A stretch of 64,000 bases of DNA, taken from contig NC_052158.1 of assembly GCF_902713615.1 (NCBI RefSeq), positions 35,071,990 to 35,135,989 on the forward strand, in the 5' to 3' direction. The position numbers and the translations under genes were made by a program. Shown piece after piece: positions 1-11,926 of the stretch; position 1 is the stretch's first letter, and every line of letters starts with the position of its first letter. The DNA comes from Scyliorhinus canicula (lineage: Eukaryota). A model generated the notes under the pieces. The model worked only from the letters and a program-made list of their open reading frames with translations. It was not told where the DNA came from and ran no database searches.

Positions 1-270
1 AGCAATGATCACCCTACTTTAACCCACGTAACCCGTATACCCGGTAACCCAACAATCCCCCCATTAACCTTACACTACGGGCAATTTATCATGGCCAATC
101 CACCTAACCCGCACATCTTTGGACTGTGGGAGGAAACCGGAGCACCCGGAGGAAACCCACGCACAAACGGGGAGGACGTGCAGACTCCACACAGACAGTG
201 ACCCAGCCGGGAATCGAACCTGGGACCACTGGAGCTGTGAAGCATTGATGCTAACCACCATGCTACCGTG
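1..270 (-). mobile_element. HE1-type tRNA-derived SINE, young subfamily (tail truncated by the window start)
   Basis: Minus strand reads CACGGTAGCATGGTGGTTAGC..GGTTCGATTCCC (A/B boxes), then the conserved body GGGTTTCCTCCGGGTGCTCCGGTTTCCTCCCACAGTCCAAAGATGTGC. Near-identical to 35730-36072 and 59873-60210. Confidence 0.9.
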
Positions 271-539
271 AGGCCCCAACGAGAAACCCCAAAGAGTTTC
301 AGTTCTGTTTGCAGTCTGTCTTCTAAATGCACATTCAGGCTCTGTGCTTGCTTGCTACTTTGCATTGTCCATTTTTCCCTGTATGCTCTGCGAGTGTCCA
401 TTTTATATGCTGGAAGTGGCCATCCCAGATGGCTACAAAACAAAAGTCCCTTCACTCGACTCCCATTGCGAATAATCTAATGGACTTCCAGTAGCAAGGT
501 ACTCTCTGGTGATTTTCTTCCCAATCCTCGTTTCTTCTG

Positions 540-645
540 ATGGAAAACTCGCCCTCACTCACCGTCCGCTTGGCGATTAACCCCAAGCCAGTCCTTTTCC
601 TCTGCCTGGTAGTGCTGTACCTCTGGTGGGTCTTCACCTCTCCAG
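540..645 (+). CDS. Candidate first coding exon of the butyrophilin-like gene (MENSPSLTVRLAINPKPVLFLCLVVLYLWWVFTSP-G), hydrophobic signal/TM-like
   Basis: ATG at 540, open frame with a 17-residue hydrophobic run, phase-1 end matching the next exon. The donor (AG|gtctct) is weak, and unspliced it is only a 39-codon ORF. Confidence 0.3.
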
Positions 646-2942
646 GTCTCTCACTCTGACTGAGACTCCTGCGCTTTCAAAGGAACAACTGTCCTTTGTG
701 AGTGATTGAGTTGAAAGTTGCTCCTTATCTTCAATAATGTTTAACCTGGGCTCCTCTCCGCATGACAGCCAGATCACACACACTTGTTACCTTTGGCCAT
801 ATTCCTCCTTGTCAAACTGCTTAATTTCATCTTGAACCAAAGGAGGCAGTTTGAAACATTACTTATTATACTTCACTTCACATGCCAAATCTTTGCTCAC
901 TCATTTTATCTGTCTACATCGCTTTGCAGATATTGTATCCTCACAATTTGCTTTCTTAACTGTCTTTGTATCATCAGCAGATCTGGCTACAATTCAGTCA
1001 GTCCCTTCATCCAATTCATTAACCCTTTAGTTCATAGTTGAATTTCAAATTTCAGGATTTTCAATGTTCAGAGCAGAAAATAGTGTCAGCATCTGTAACA
1101 CCTGGAAGGTATGTAATAGATCTGTGTTTTAAATAGAACTGTGTTTTTACCAAGACAAGCAACCAGGAAATTTAACCCATAAATAATTGAGACCCCAGCA
1201 GTGATGCTTTTGGCAGTCCGCTAGCTACCGTTTGGCAAGCTGCAAATGAGTTGATGCCAACTCTCCTAGTTGGATAGCCAAACCTATCCATACTAATATA
1301 TCTGTTTTATATATCATCTGTTTTGTGATGTTCTTAGAAAGAGAACGGGGATGTTTAAGGTTCATGCTTGCGAGGGCTGATGGGACCTCTGATTAATGCC
1401 ACTCCCAGAAGATGGTACCTCTGATGGTTTGCACTCCCTCGGTACGGGTCTGGGAATGTTACCCGGGCCATTGTGCTCCAGGCCCTCGAATGGAACTCAA
1501 ACCCACAGCCTTCGGATATTCATAGAATCAAAGAATTTATAGTGCAGAAGGAGGCCATTCAGCCCATTGAGTCTGAAATGGCCCTTGGAAAGAGCACCCC
1601 ACTTAAGCCCACGCTATTCCTGTAACCCCACTCCTTTGTAGACACCTAGGGGTATATCCCCATATCCCTGTAACTCAGTAACCCCACCGAACGGCGCTGC
1701 TACCTACAGGGCCATGGTTGGCATCTGGACTGGGCAGTGTCAGTGTGCATGCCTTCAGATGGCGTCAGTGACACACTCTCACTACCCCTACCCCCTCAAT
1801 TCAGGAAGGCAGCTCACTTCCCCCACCCCCCACTTCACATAGGTCACGTCAGCGTAGAGCTGAACCCCAAACCATCCTATCCCAATGGGCAACCAGTTTT
1901 CCAATCAAGTCCATGTCCTTAATTCTTGCACGCGATCTGGGTGTCACTGGCTGGGCCACAGCATTTCTCGCTCACCCTTAACTCCCTTCAACCGAGCTGC
2001 TTACTCGGCCATTTCAGAGGGGCAATTAAGAACCAACCGCATCGCTGTGTGGGTCTAGAGTCCCATGTAGGCAGACTAGGTGAGGATGGCAGATTTCCTT
2101 CCCTGAAGGACATTAGTGAACCAGATGGGTTGTTACAACAATCGACAATGGTTTCTTGGTCATCATTAGACTTTTAATTCCAGTTTTGTATTGAATTCGA
2201 CTTCTGCCATCTATCGTGGAAGGATTTGAATGTGGGTCCCTGGAGCATTACCCGGGTTCTCTGGATTACTGGTCCAGTTACAATACCATTACGTCCCGGC
2301 CTCCCCTCTGAGAACACAGCTTGTTAAATATATATATATATATATAATATTTATATATTTATATTTTTTCTTTCATTGGAATGTGGGGCGTTGCTGACTG
2401 GTCTGGCACTTGTTGCCCATCCCTAATTGCCCTTGAACATAGTGTCTCACTCAGCCGTTTGAGAGAGGGGTAGTCCAGAGTCAAGCACATTTCTGTGGGT
2501 CTGGAGTTACATGTAGGCCAGACAGGGATAAGGGCAGCAGATTTCCCAACTGGGTTTTTGACAACAATCGATGCTAAATTACTGAGACCGGCTTTATAAT
2601 TCCAGATTTATTTGTTGAATTTAAATTGCACCAGCTGCCGTGATAGGATTTAATAATAATAATGGCTTATTGTCACAAGTGGGCTTCAATGAAGTTACCG
2701 TGGAAAGCCCCTCGTCGCCACATTCCGGCGCCTGTTCGGGAATTGAACCTGCGCTGCTGGCCTTGTTCTGCATTGCAAGCCAGCGGTTTAGCCCAGTGAA
2801 CCCGTCCCCCAGAGAGTTAGCTTAGGGAGCCTCTGGATTACTGACCCGGTAATCTCGGTATTTTGTGTGTGTGAGCTCAGGTTCTGCGAGTCACGTGACG
2901 TCTATTATCAGCTGGATAGTGTCAATCTTCATGTTTTTACAG

Positions 2943-3050
2943 GGCGATTGTATCCCTCTGGAGTCTCCAGCTGGTCCAATCACGTGTGGGAGGTCTTGGC
3001 GGTGGGAGTAATCGCTGCCAGCGTGATCTCGTGGATAGCCTATCGGCAAA
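2943..3050 (+). CDS. Transmembrane-type exon (GRLYPSGVSSWSNHVWEVLAVGVIAASVISWIAYRQ), phase 1-1
   Basis: Acceptor tgtttttacag, canonical donor gtaagt at 3051, 108 nt, open frame, ~20-aa hydrophobic helix followed by basic residues. The LYPSGVSSW start resembles butyrophilin TM exons. Could belong to this gene or to an upstream neighbour. Confidence 0.7.
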
Positions 3051-3410
3051 GTAAGTACAGAAGCCAGGGCAGGTGGCGGTAAAGGTGTGTGTCGAATTAC
3101 ACCGACAGTTAAGATGAAGTAGGATTCCCAGTCAAACAGCTGGGTACGGTTGGAAAAAGGAAAAATGACCCACGTTTACACAGCATTTTTCTCAACTTCA
3201 ACACCTCCCCAAGTACCGAAGCCAATGAAATACACTGGATGCACCGTCGTAACATAGGAGACACAGCAACCCATCTGTGCACAGAAAGTTCCCACAAACA
3301 GCAGTGTGATAACGGCGAGAGAATTTATTTTTTGCAACATTTGATCTTTTTTCAATTTATTCATGGGATGTGGGTGCCGCTGGATAGGCCCAGCATTTAC
3401 TGTCCATCCC

Positions 3411-3620
3411 TAGAGTACCCAATTATTTTTTTTTGCCAATTAAGGGGCAATTTGGCGTGGCCAATCCACCTAACCTGCACATCTTTGGGTTGTGGTGGTG
3501 AAACACACGCAGACACAGGGAGAATGTGCAAACTCCACGCGGACAGTGACCGAGGGCTGGGATTCGAACCCGGGTCCTCAGCGCCTCAGTGCTAACCACT
3601 GTGCTACATGCCGCCCTGAT
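3411..3620 (-). mobile_element. Short A-tailed HE1-head SINE nested in a LINE 3' end
   Basis: Flanked by the direct repeat TGTCCATCCCTA (3401-3412 and 3621-3632). Confidence 0.85.
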
Positions 3621-3624
3621 TGTC

Positions 3625-4125
3625 CATCCCTAACTGCCCCTCCAGAAGGTGGTGGCGATCTGTCCTCTTGAACCGCTGCAAGCCCTGAGTTGCAGGTATA
3701 CCCACTGTACTGATCGGGAGGGAGCTCCAGGATTTGACCCAGCGACAGTGAAGGAGCGGTGGGTAAGTCAGCGGAGAACTTCCAAGTGGTGGGGTTCCCA
3801 TGTATCTACTGCCCTTGTCCTTATAGATGGTAGCGGTCGTGGGTTTGGAAGGTGTTGCCTAAGGAGCCTTGGTGAGTTTCTGCAGTGCATCTTGTAGATG
3901 GTACACACGGCTGACAACTGTGTAACGGTGTGAAAGGAGTGAATGTTTGTGGAAGGGATGCCAATCAAGCGGGCTGCTTTGTCCTGGATGGTATCAAGCT
4001 TCTTGAGCGTTGTTAGGGCTGCACTCATCCAGGCAAGTGGGGAGTATTCCATCACACTCCTGATGGTGGACAGGAGGTGAGTTTCTAGTCACAGAATTCC
4101 TAACCTCTGACCTGCCCTTGTAAGC
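3625..4125 (-). mobile_element. LINE (L2/CR1-clade) ORF2 C-terminal/3' fragment
   Basis: ORF 3768-4055 EYSPLAWMSAA.TTLKKLDTIQDKAARLIG..; related fragments at 10460-10805, 13205-14020, 21720-21925, 53110-54120 and 59190-59695. Confidence 0.8.
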
Positions 4126-4394
4126 CATTTATATGGTTGAGGGATAAATATTGGTCAGGTTATCAGGCAGGGTTTGCCAGTCTCTCTGTGAAGTAGTGGC
4201 TGTCAGATCCACCCATCAGAGAGGGTAGACGGCACTTCGGTTTGATGTCTCAACAGAAAGACAGCACCCCACCCCCTCCCCCAACAGTGCAGCACTGGGC
4301 AGGTTAAGGGAAAATCAGGTCGCTCCTCTGACTCTTGGTGCAGAGCCTGTTGGGATATTTTATAGACCTTTTGATTCTGTAACTTAAACTTCCA

Positions 4395-4705
4395 ACAGTG
4401 CAGAAGGTGGCCATTCAGCCCATCAGGCCTGCACCGACCCACTGTAAGAGCACCCTATCGAGGTCCACTCCCCCGCCCTGTCTCTGTAACCTCGCCTAAC
4501 CTCCGCATCTTTGGCTAATATGGGGCAATTTAGCATGGCCAATCCACCCAATCTGCACATCTTTGGACTGTGGAGGAAACCGGAGCACCTGGAGGAAACC
4601 CACGCAGACACGGGGAGAACGTGTAAAATTTGCACAGTCACCCGAGGCCAGAATTGAACCCGGGTCCCTGGAGCTGTGAGGCAGTAGTGCTAACCACTGT
4701 GCCAA
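4395..4705 (-). mobile_element. HE1-type SINE with CR1-like tail
   Basis: A/B-box head, conserved body, tail ATGGCCACCTTCTGCACTGT. Confidence 0.85.
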
Positions 4706-5811
4706 CTTACCGAACCATTAATTTGCACAGCGTAACTGAGTAATGCACAGTGGTGACAGGGAGTGAGCGACATATCCTGAAATTAACAACCCCCCTCTAC
4801 ACGCCCCCCCCCCCCGCCCCCCCGCCCCAAACCACATCTCATGTGATGGTAGAATTTCTGACCCTCCCCTCTTGTTTCCCCACGAGGGGGGGTGGGGAAT
4901 AAATAAAATAGGGTGGGTGGACATAGGTGTGGGGGGGCAGGAGTATCAGATTGAATATTAAAATTAATAATTAAGTGTCTATCAGGCTTTTTACGATCCC
5001 AGTTGGCTCTGATAATAAATTGCCTACACTATAAAATATGTGCCGTCGGTAGTCAGCCAGGAGGGGAAGTCCGGTTTCTATCCTCCAAAATGTTTAACTG
5101 TTGGGAAGGAATTGGGTGGGGGGGGGGGGGGGGGGGGGGCTTTTCTTTTGGGGGCCTGTCCTTAGGTTGATTTCCCCCTTCCCTTGCTTTCCTACCCACT
5201 CCCTCCCTAACCTACTGAAACCCTCCTGGTCCAAGATCCTGGACTTACCTGCTCCAAGGCCATGGGGGAGGGCGGGGGGGGGGGGGGGGGGGAGGAGTGG
5301 AATGTTCCACCTGTTCCCCCACCCCCGCCAATATAATTCTGCCTCTCGCCTCAGTTCACCCGGCCCATTTGGACAGTGAGTGATGGCTCGGCGAGGGACA
5401 AGGGAGCCCTCACTTGCCTTCTGCACACCTCACCTCTAATGTACAGGAGGGTCAAGGCCTTATATGATTCTAAACCTCTTCTCACCATAGATTCGGGGGA
5501 TTGGTTGGGGGGGGGGGGAGGCATGAAGAGAGGCCAGGTGGCAGCCGTGACTCAGTGGCTGGCAGCCTTGCCCCTGGCTCGCCCACTTGTGGCTTCAAGT
5601 CCCACCCCCACACGCTTGAGCATCCTGTCTCGGCAGGCCTGCCCAGTGCAGTACTGAGGGAATGCGGCACTGTTGATGATGCCACCCTGTATATGGGGCG
5701 TTAAACCCCTTTAGGTGGACCTCAGAAAAAAATTCCCACAGCCGTTATTTGAAGAGGAGGGGAGTCCTCCCTGGTACCCTGGGCGCAATTGATCCCTCAA
5801 CTAACAGCTGC

Positions 5812-6035
5812 AGCAGCACAATGACACAGTGGTTCGCACTGAAGCCTCACGGCGCTGAGGTTCCAGGTTCGATCCCAGCTCTGGGTTACTGTCCATATGG
5901 AGTTTGCACATTATCCCCGTGTTTGCTTGGGTTTCACCCCCACAACCCAAAGATGTGCAGGGGAGGTGGATTGACCACGCTAAATTGCCCTTTAATTGGA
6001 AAAGATTAATTGGGTACTCTAAATTTATATAAATA
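5812..6035 (+). mobile_element. Short A-tailed HE1-head SINE
   Basis: Head plus TTAATTGGAAAAGATTAATTGGGTACTCTAAATTT tail, flanked by the direct repeat AACAGCTGCA. Confidence 0.85.
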
Positions 6036-6257
6036 AAAACAACAGCTGCACCAGATGCGGCACCTTGTCTCTTTGCTGTGAATGGGAGCCCACTGTGCAC
6101 CAATTGGCGGCTCTCTCCTGCGTTACCACGGTGATTAGGCCGCATGAATACTCCCACAAAGGGCTGGAAGGGGAAGTTGGGAAAGGCGCTTTGGAAGTGC
6201 CAGCCTGTCGTTGGCTGCAGCACCGACAATCTCTCTCCCTCCACAAGATGTCCGCCA

Positions 6258-6590
6258 GAGGGCAGCATTGTGGACAGCACAATAGCTTCACAGCTCCAGG
6301 GTCCCAGGTTCGATTCCGGCTTGGGTCACTGTCTGTGCGGAGTCTGCACGTCCTCCCCGTGTGTGTGTGGGTTTCCTCCGGGTGCTCCGGTTTCCTCCCA
6401 CAGTCCAAAGATGTGCAGCTTAGGTGGCTTGGCCATGATAAATTGCCCTTCGTGTCCAAAATTGCCCTTAGTGTTGGGTGGGGTTATGGGTATAGGGTGG
6501 GGATGTGAGCTTGGGTAGGGTGCTCTTTCCAAGAGCCGGTGCAGACTCGATGGGGCCGAATGGCCTCCTTCCGCACTGTAAATTCTATGG
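6258..6590 (+). mobile_element. HE1-type SINE, full length
   Basis: Head, body and CR1-like tail; followed by a CR1 fragment and a second 3' half at 6743-6925. Confidence 0.9.
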
Positions 6591-7961
6591 TAAAGACCAC
6601 ACCTGGAGGATTGTGTACAGTATTGTTCTCTTTATTTAAGGGAACATATCAATGCATTAGAAGCAGTTCATAGAAGGTATAAGGCATACTGGACTAACAT
6701 CAGCTATTGGCTGGTTGGTCTTATGAGGATTGGTTGGAGATCAGGTTAGGTGGATTGGCCATGATAAATTGCCCTTAGTGTCCAAAATTGACCTTAGTGT
6801 TGGGTGGGGTTACTGGGTTATGGGGATAGGGTGGAGGTACCTTGGGTAGGGTGCTCTTTCCAAGAGCTGATGCAGACTCGATGGGCCAAATGGCCTCCTT
6901 CTGCACTGTAAATTCTATGATAACTATGAAGATGAGGAAATCTGCCTGTCCTTCCCTGGTCTGGCCAACATGTGACTCCAGACCCCACACAGCGACTAAC
7001 CCTCTCTGAAATGGCCGAGAGAGCGAGGCACCCCAACTCTGCCAGCAAAGGCCACGTGAAGAAATAAGTGAAGCTGTTGAGGCTGGTGGCGAGGGAGGGA
7101 GGGAATCGATTGAAAATTTATAAATTTGAGATTGGTAGATTATTCCACGGCGTTTGGTGCCAAGGTGGGTGGATGGAGTTAAAATGCAGATCAGCCACAG
7201 GCTTCTCATTTAATGGGGATAGGCTCGAGGGGCTGAATGGCCTCCTTGCGATCCTGTGTTCCATTCCAAATGTGATCATCAGCTCAGGGAATGAAGTTTT
7301 GGTCTCCTTACCTGAGGAAAAATACACTTGCTATAATGGAACTATAACGGAGGTTCACCAAATTAACTCCTGGGATGGAGCGATTGTCTAATGGGGAGAT
7401 TAAATAGATGGGCCTTTATTCTCTGGGGGTTTTAGAAGAATGAGAGACACTTCATTCAAACAGATAGAATTCTTACAGCGTTCGCTAGGGTGGGTGCAGG
7501 AAGGATGTTTCTCCCTGGCTGGGGGTGTGTGGAATGGGAGGAGTCGCGAACCAGGGGACAGAGTCTCAGAATAAGATGTCAGCCATGAAGGACTAAGATG
7601 AGGAATTTCTTCACTCAGAGGGGCGAATATTAGGAATTCACTGACTCGGAGAGCTGTGGAGGCCCCGTCGTTAAAATTGTTCAAGACTGAGATGCAGAGA
7701 TTTCTACACTAGGGGGATACGGTGATAGTGCAGACAGACAATGTTCACAGAATCTTTACAAAGGACACGTCGGCCATTCAGCCCACCGAATCTGCACTGG
7801 TCGCTGAAAGTACATTCTACCTCGTCCCACGTAAGGTTCCACATTCTTTCTTTTCAGATAGTAGCCCTGATAATCCTCGGTCAAACCTGCCTCCACCCCC
7901 TCTCAGAACATTCGTTCCAGATTTCAACTCACCCTCTGGGTGAGAAAGAAATAATCCTCAG

Positions 7962-8285
7962 GGCAGCAGGATAGCACACAGTGGTTAACATAGTTTCTTC
8001 ACAGCTCCAGGGTCCCAGGTTCGATTCCCGGCTCAGGTCACTGTCTGTGCAGAGACTGCACATTCTCCCCGTGTCGGAGTGGGTTTCCTCCGGGTGCTCC
8101 GGTTTCCTCCCACAGTCCAAAGATGTGCAGGTTAGGTGGATCGGCCATGCTAAATTGCCCTTCATGTCCAAAAGGTAAGGTAGGGTTACTGGGTTACGGG
8201 TGTGGCCTTAAGTGGGGTGCTAATTCCAAGGGCCGGTACAGACTCAATGGGCTGAATGGCCTCCTTCTGCATTGTGAATCCTATG
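7962..8285 (+). mobile_element. HE1-type SINE
   Basis: Same head, body and tail as other copies. Confidence 0.88.
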
Positions 8286-8344
8286 ACTATATGTTTCTCA
8301 CATCACTTTTACTCATTTTGTCAACTATTTTGAATCTGTGCCCT

Positions 8345-8520
8345 TTAATAATAATCATTTATTGTCACAAGTAGGCTTCAATGAAGTTACTGTGAAAAAC
8401 CGCTAGTCGCCACTTTCCAGCACCTGTTCGGGGAGGCCGCTACAGGAATTGAACCCACGCTGCTGGCCTTGTTCTGCATTACAAGCCAGCTGTTTAGCCC
8501 AGTGTGCTATACCAGCCCCA
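8345..8520 (-). mobile_element. Second tRNA-derived SINE family with (ATT)n tail
   Basis: Minus strand GGGGCTGGT.TAGCACACTGGGCTAAA..GGTTCAATTCC..GAACAGG..GTGGCGACTAG..TTTTCACAGTAACTTCATTGAAGCCTACTTGTGACAATAA; also at 2644-2820 and 16845-17020. Confidence 0.82.
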
Positions 8521-8682
8521 TGTAGCTCTTTAGCTCTCTTCAGCGGGAAGAATATCTCTCTATTCACTATGTTCACACCGCTCGGGAAGTTTCGAAACAG
8601 AAGATCTGCCGTGATCTCCGTCGAACGGGTGGAATGGGCTCAAAAGGTTGAACGGCCTACTCCTGCTCATATTTCTTATGCT

Positions 8683-8917
8683 AGGGGCAGCACGGTGGCA
8701 CAGTGGTTAGCATTGCTGCCTACGGCGCTGAGGATCTGGGTTCGAATCCCGGCCCTGGGTCACTGTCCGTGAGGAGTTTGCACATTCTCCCCGTGTCTGC
8801 GTGGGTTTCGCCCCCGCAACCCAAGGATGTGCAGGTTAGGTGGATTGGCCACGTTAAATTGCCCCTTAATTGGAAAAAATAATTGGGTACTCTAAATTTA
8901 TTTTAAAAAAAAAAAGA
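8683..8917 (+). mobile_element. Short A-tailed HE1-head SINE with 12-bp TSD
   Basis: ATTTCTTATGCT at 8671-8682 and 8918-8929; poly-A tail. Confidence 0.9.
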
Positions 8918-9264
8918 ATTTCTTATGCTCAATCGGTGCACGTGCCCCCAACTCCAAAATAAAAATCGTTTTCCAAAATGGCGGATGGCTGGAATCTGAA
9001 ATATATAAAGAGAAACTCCTGGAGGTCAGGGAGTCTGATAGCATCTGCAGTGAGAGAAACAGAGTTAATGTAGCAGCTCGGTGACCTGTCTTTAAAACTG
9101 TGAGAGATGTTTTGTTAAGAGGGGGCGGCAGTGAGGGGCGAGGGGGTTGTGGCGGCTGGAATGGGAACACAAAGGGAAGGCCAGGAGGGAGGAATGGAGT
9201 GGAAGACTGGAGACACCAAACGGATGGCACAGTCAGACAGGGTGGCGAAGAAGGCATAGGGAAC

Positions 9265-9700
9265 ACTCGTCTTCATTAGCCGGGGCACAGTACTTAGGAG
9301 CAGGGAGATCTTGGTACAGCTTTATGAAATGTTGGATCGGCCACAGATGGAATATTGTGCCCAGCTCCGGTCACCACACCATCGGAAGGATGTGATTGCA
9401 CTGGAGAGGGTGCAGAGGAGACTCACCAGAATGTTACCTGGGATGGAAAGATTCAACTATGAGGAGAGACTGGATAGGTTGGGTCTGTTTCCCCTGGAGG
9501 CTGAGGAGGGTGGGGGGAGGGGGGAATCTGATTGAGGTATACAAAATTAGAAGAGGCATAGATAGAGTACATTGTGAGAATCTTTTCCCCATGGTAGAGG
9601 TGTCTGAAGACCAGAGGTCAGAGGTGAAGAGGAAGTGGTTTAGACGAGACCTGAAGAAACAGTTTTCACCCAGAGGGCGGTGGGAATATGGAGCGCGCTG
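9265..9700 (+). mobile_element. CR1 (HER1-like) LINE ORF2 3' fragment
   Basis: LYEMLDRPQMEYCAQ..KDVIALERVQRRLTRMLPG..YEERLDRLGLF, the characteristic CR1 RT C-terminus, frameshifted. Confidence 0.88.
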
Positions 9701-11287
9701 CCTCAGGGGGTGGTGTTGGCAGCTCCGGTCGCAACATTTCAGAAGAACTCTTTCTCCCAAAATGATGGCCGACGTTGATTGGAATTTTCAAGATTAAGTT
9801 CTATAAGATAGTTTCGCTGTTGGGTTGGGATTATGAGGGATTTGTTGAAAATGGAGTTCAGGTGATGGCTGGCGGTGATCTAGCCAATCGACAGAACAGG
9901 TTTGAGGGGCTGATTGACCTGCCCCGTGTTCCCTGTCTGTTCACCTTTCCAGTGGTTGAACTGTAAGGGGGGGAATCTCCAGTTGACATTGTTACAGGTG
10001 GGATAGGAACATTTGGAGAGCCGTTAAACGCCTGAATCAGGGGATCCGTTCCACCCTCAACAAGTGAACAGATTAAAGCTCGTCTCTGGTCATTTCGCTC
10101 CCTCTCTGGATTCACAGCGGATTCCCTTGTCCTTTGAAGCAGGGCCCAACTACAAAGAGGTGGACAACTTGTGCCATATCTCCTCTGTGCTGGCCACACC
10201 ATGAAGCATTGGACGAGGAGCGCTTGCCCGTCACCTTTTTAAGGCAACTAGGGTTGTGCCAGCAGTGCCAACATCTCAAGAGCCAACAACCCCCCCCCCC
10301 CCCCCCACGTTCCCTCAAATAAAATTTTAAAACTTCAGTAAAACGTCAAATTAGGTCGGCAAATGGAAGAGCATGGAAGCTGATGGGCTGAATGGCCTCC
10401 TTCTGTACCCTAATGACTTGATAGCAGGGTGCCGAGGATACTCTTTCAAACAATTCAGTTATGGGATGTGTGCGTCACTGGCTAGGCCCAGCCCTAGCTG
10501 CCCTTCAGAAGGTGGTGGTGAGCTGCCTTCTCGAACTGCTGCAGTCAGAGATGTAGGTACATCCACTGTGCTGTTAGGGAGGGAGTTCCAGGATTTTGAC
10601 CCAGCTACAGTGAAGGAATGGTCAATATATTTCGAAGTCAGGGTGGTGAGTGGCTTGGAGGGGAACCTCCAGGTTGTGGTGTTCCTAGGTATCTGTTGCT
10701 CTTGTCCTTCTAGACAGTAGTGGTCATGAATTTGGAAGGTGCTGCCGAAGGAGCATTGGTGAATTCCTGCAGTGCATCTACAGATGGTACACACGGCTGC
10801 TGCTGAATTCTGTTCGGAGTGAGATTGATATTTGAACGGGTAGAGGGAGATTATTGTTGCTCAATGAGGTGTCCGTGTTAGGGAGGTGTAAAAATGCACT
10901 TTCACAGACTTCATTGGTGAACACAAAATAAGAATAAGAATTGTACCGCGGCCTCCTGGTTGTCAAGAGCTCTCATAATGTCTCCTGCCCAAAAAGACTT
11001 CACACTTGGGCTAATTCCCTACTCTGAGACTCAATTGGTCACCCAGACCAGGGATCCTTACTCTGCTGTGCTGCCCTGAAAGGGACAATCACCACAGGAG
11101 GCCTCTCGGGGAGGTTGATGGCAGTGTGGGAGAATCACCAGGGAAGCTTCGATCGTGAGGCAGTGGGTAGAGGGGGGGAGTAGGGGAGAGGGGAGAGGGG
11201 GTGGGGGTTCTGTACTTGAGAGGAGACGGAGAGGGAAAAATCGAGACCCAGTCGAGTAACACAGCTGCTATTTTGCATCTCTTCCAG

Positions 11288-11404
11288 GAAGGTTGGACAG
11301 CCCCGGGTCAGCCCGCAGAATCAGCCTGCCAGCCGAACTATTGCTACAGGTGGCCATCCTTGCAGGAGCCGTGTTCGCCTCATATTTGAACGGCTCCCAA
11401 CGAG
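11288..11404 (+). CDS. Hydrophobic leader/TM exon of butyrophilin-like gene (RLDSPGSARRISLPAELLLQVAILAGAVFASYLNGSQR), phase 1-1
   Basis: Acceptor ttttgcatctcttccag, donor gtgaga at 11405, 117 nt, open frame joins in phase to the IgV exon (..SQR-G-PFTVKGP). No Met inside and an in-frame TAA at 11257, so an upstream coding exon is required. Confidence 0.7.
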
Positions 11405-11926
11405 GTGAGACTGGTGCAAGTAATTTCCTGTGAGACAGGAATCGTGGGTGTGTGTGTGTGTGTGTGGCTAACTAAGCACTGCCATTGACACAGAACCTCA
11501 GCAAAACCCCACCCACCCATCAGAAATCCCATAACACCTCCCCCCCCGCCCCCGACACACAACCCGATGGAACATACTCCAGACCCGCCCAACTGACGAC
11601 AATTCCACCTCTCGAGAACACAGCTCCTGGGTGACTCTGAAAACATCGCCAACCGCACCCTGGTCACAATTTCATTTGTCTGCTGTGCCTTAACAACACT
11701 TTGAAATTTCAAAGCCACTCCAATTCTGGCCTCTTGTGCATCACCACTTTACGCCTCCCTGCAACTGGTGATCATAATCTGCCTGGGCCCCAAACTCTGA
11801 TATTCCCTACCTAAACTTCCCCACCTCTCTGACTCAATGACCCTTTCTACACAGCTTCTGACTCCCCTGTCCTTCCTGGTTTGATTACCCTTATTCATAT
11901 TGCGTTATATGGCATAATGGAAATAT

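Noticed and set aside
1036-1088. Exon-like segment (tttcag..AAG|gtatgt)
   Set aside because: 53 nt; no frame joins it to the 2943 exon without a stop or phase clash. It may be a UTR exon but cannot be supported.
5812-5890. tRNA-like heads (TGGTTAGC..GGTTCGATCCC) at many positions
   Set aside because: A/B boxes of tRNA-derived SINEs that continue into the SINE body; no full cloverleaf, so not called as tRNA genes.
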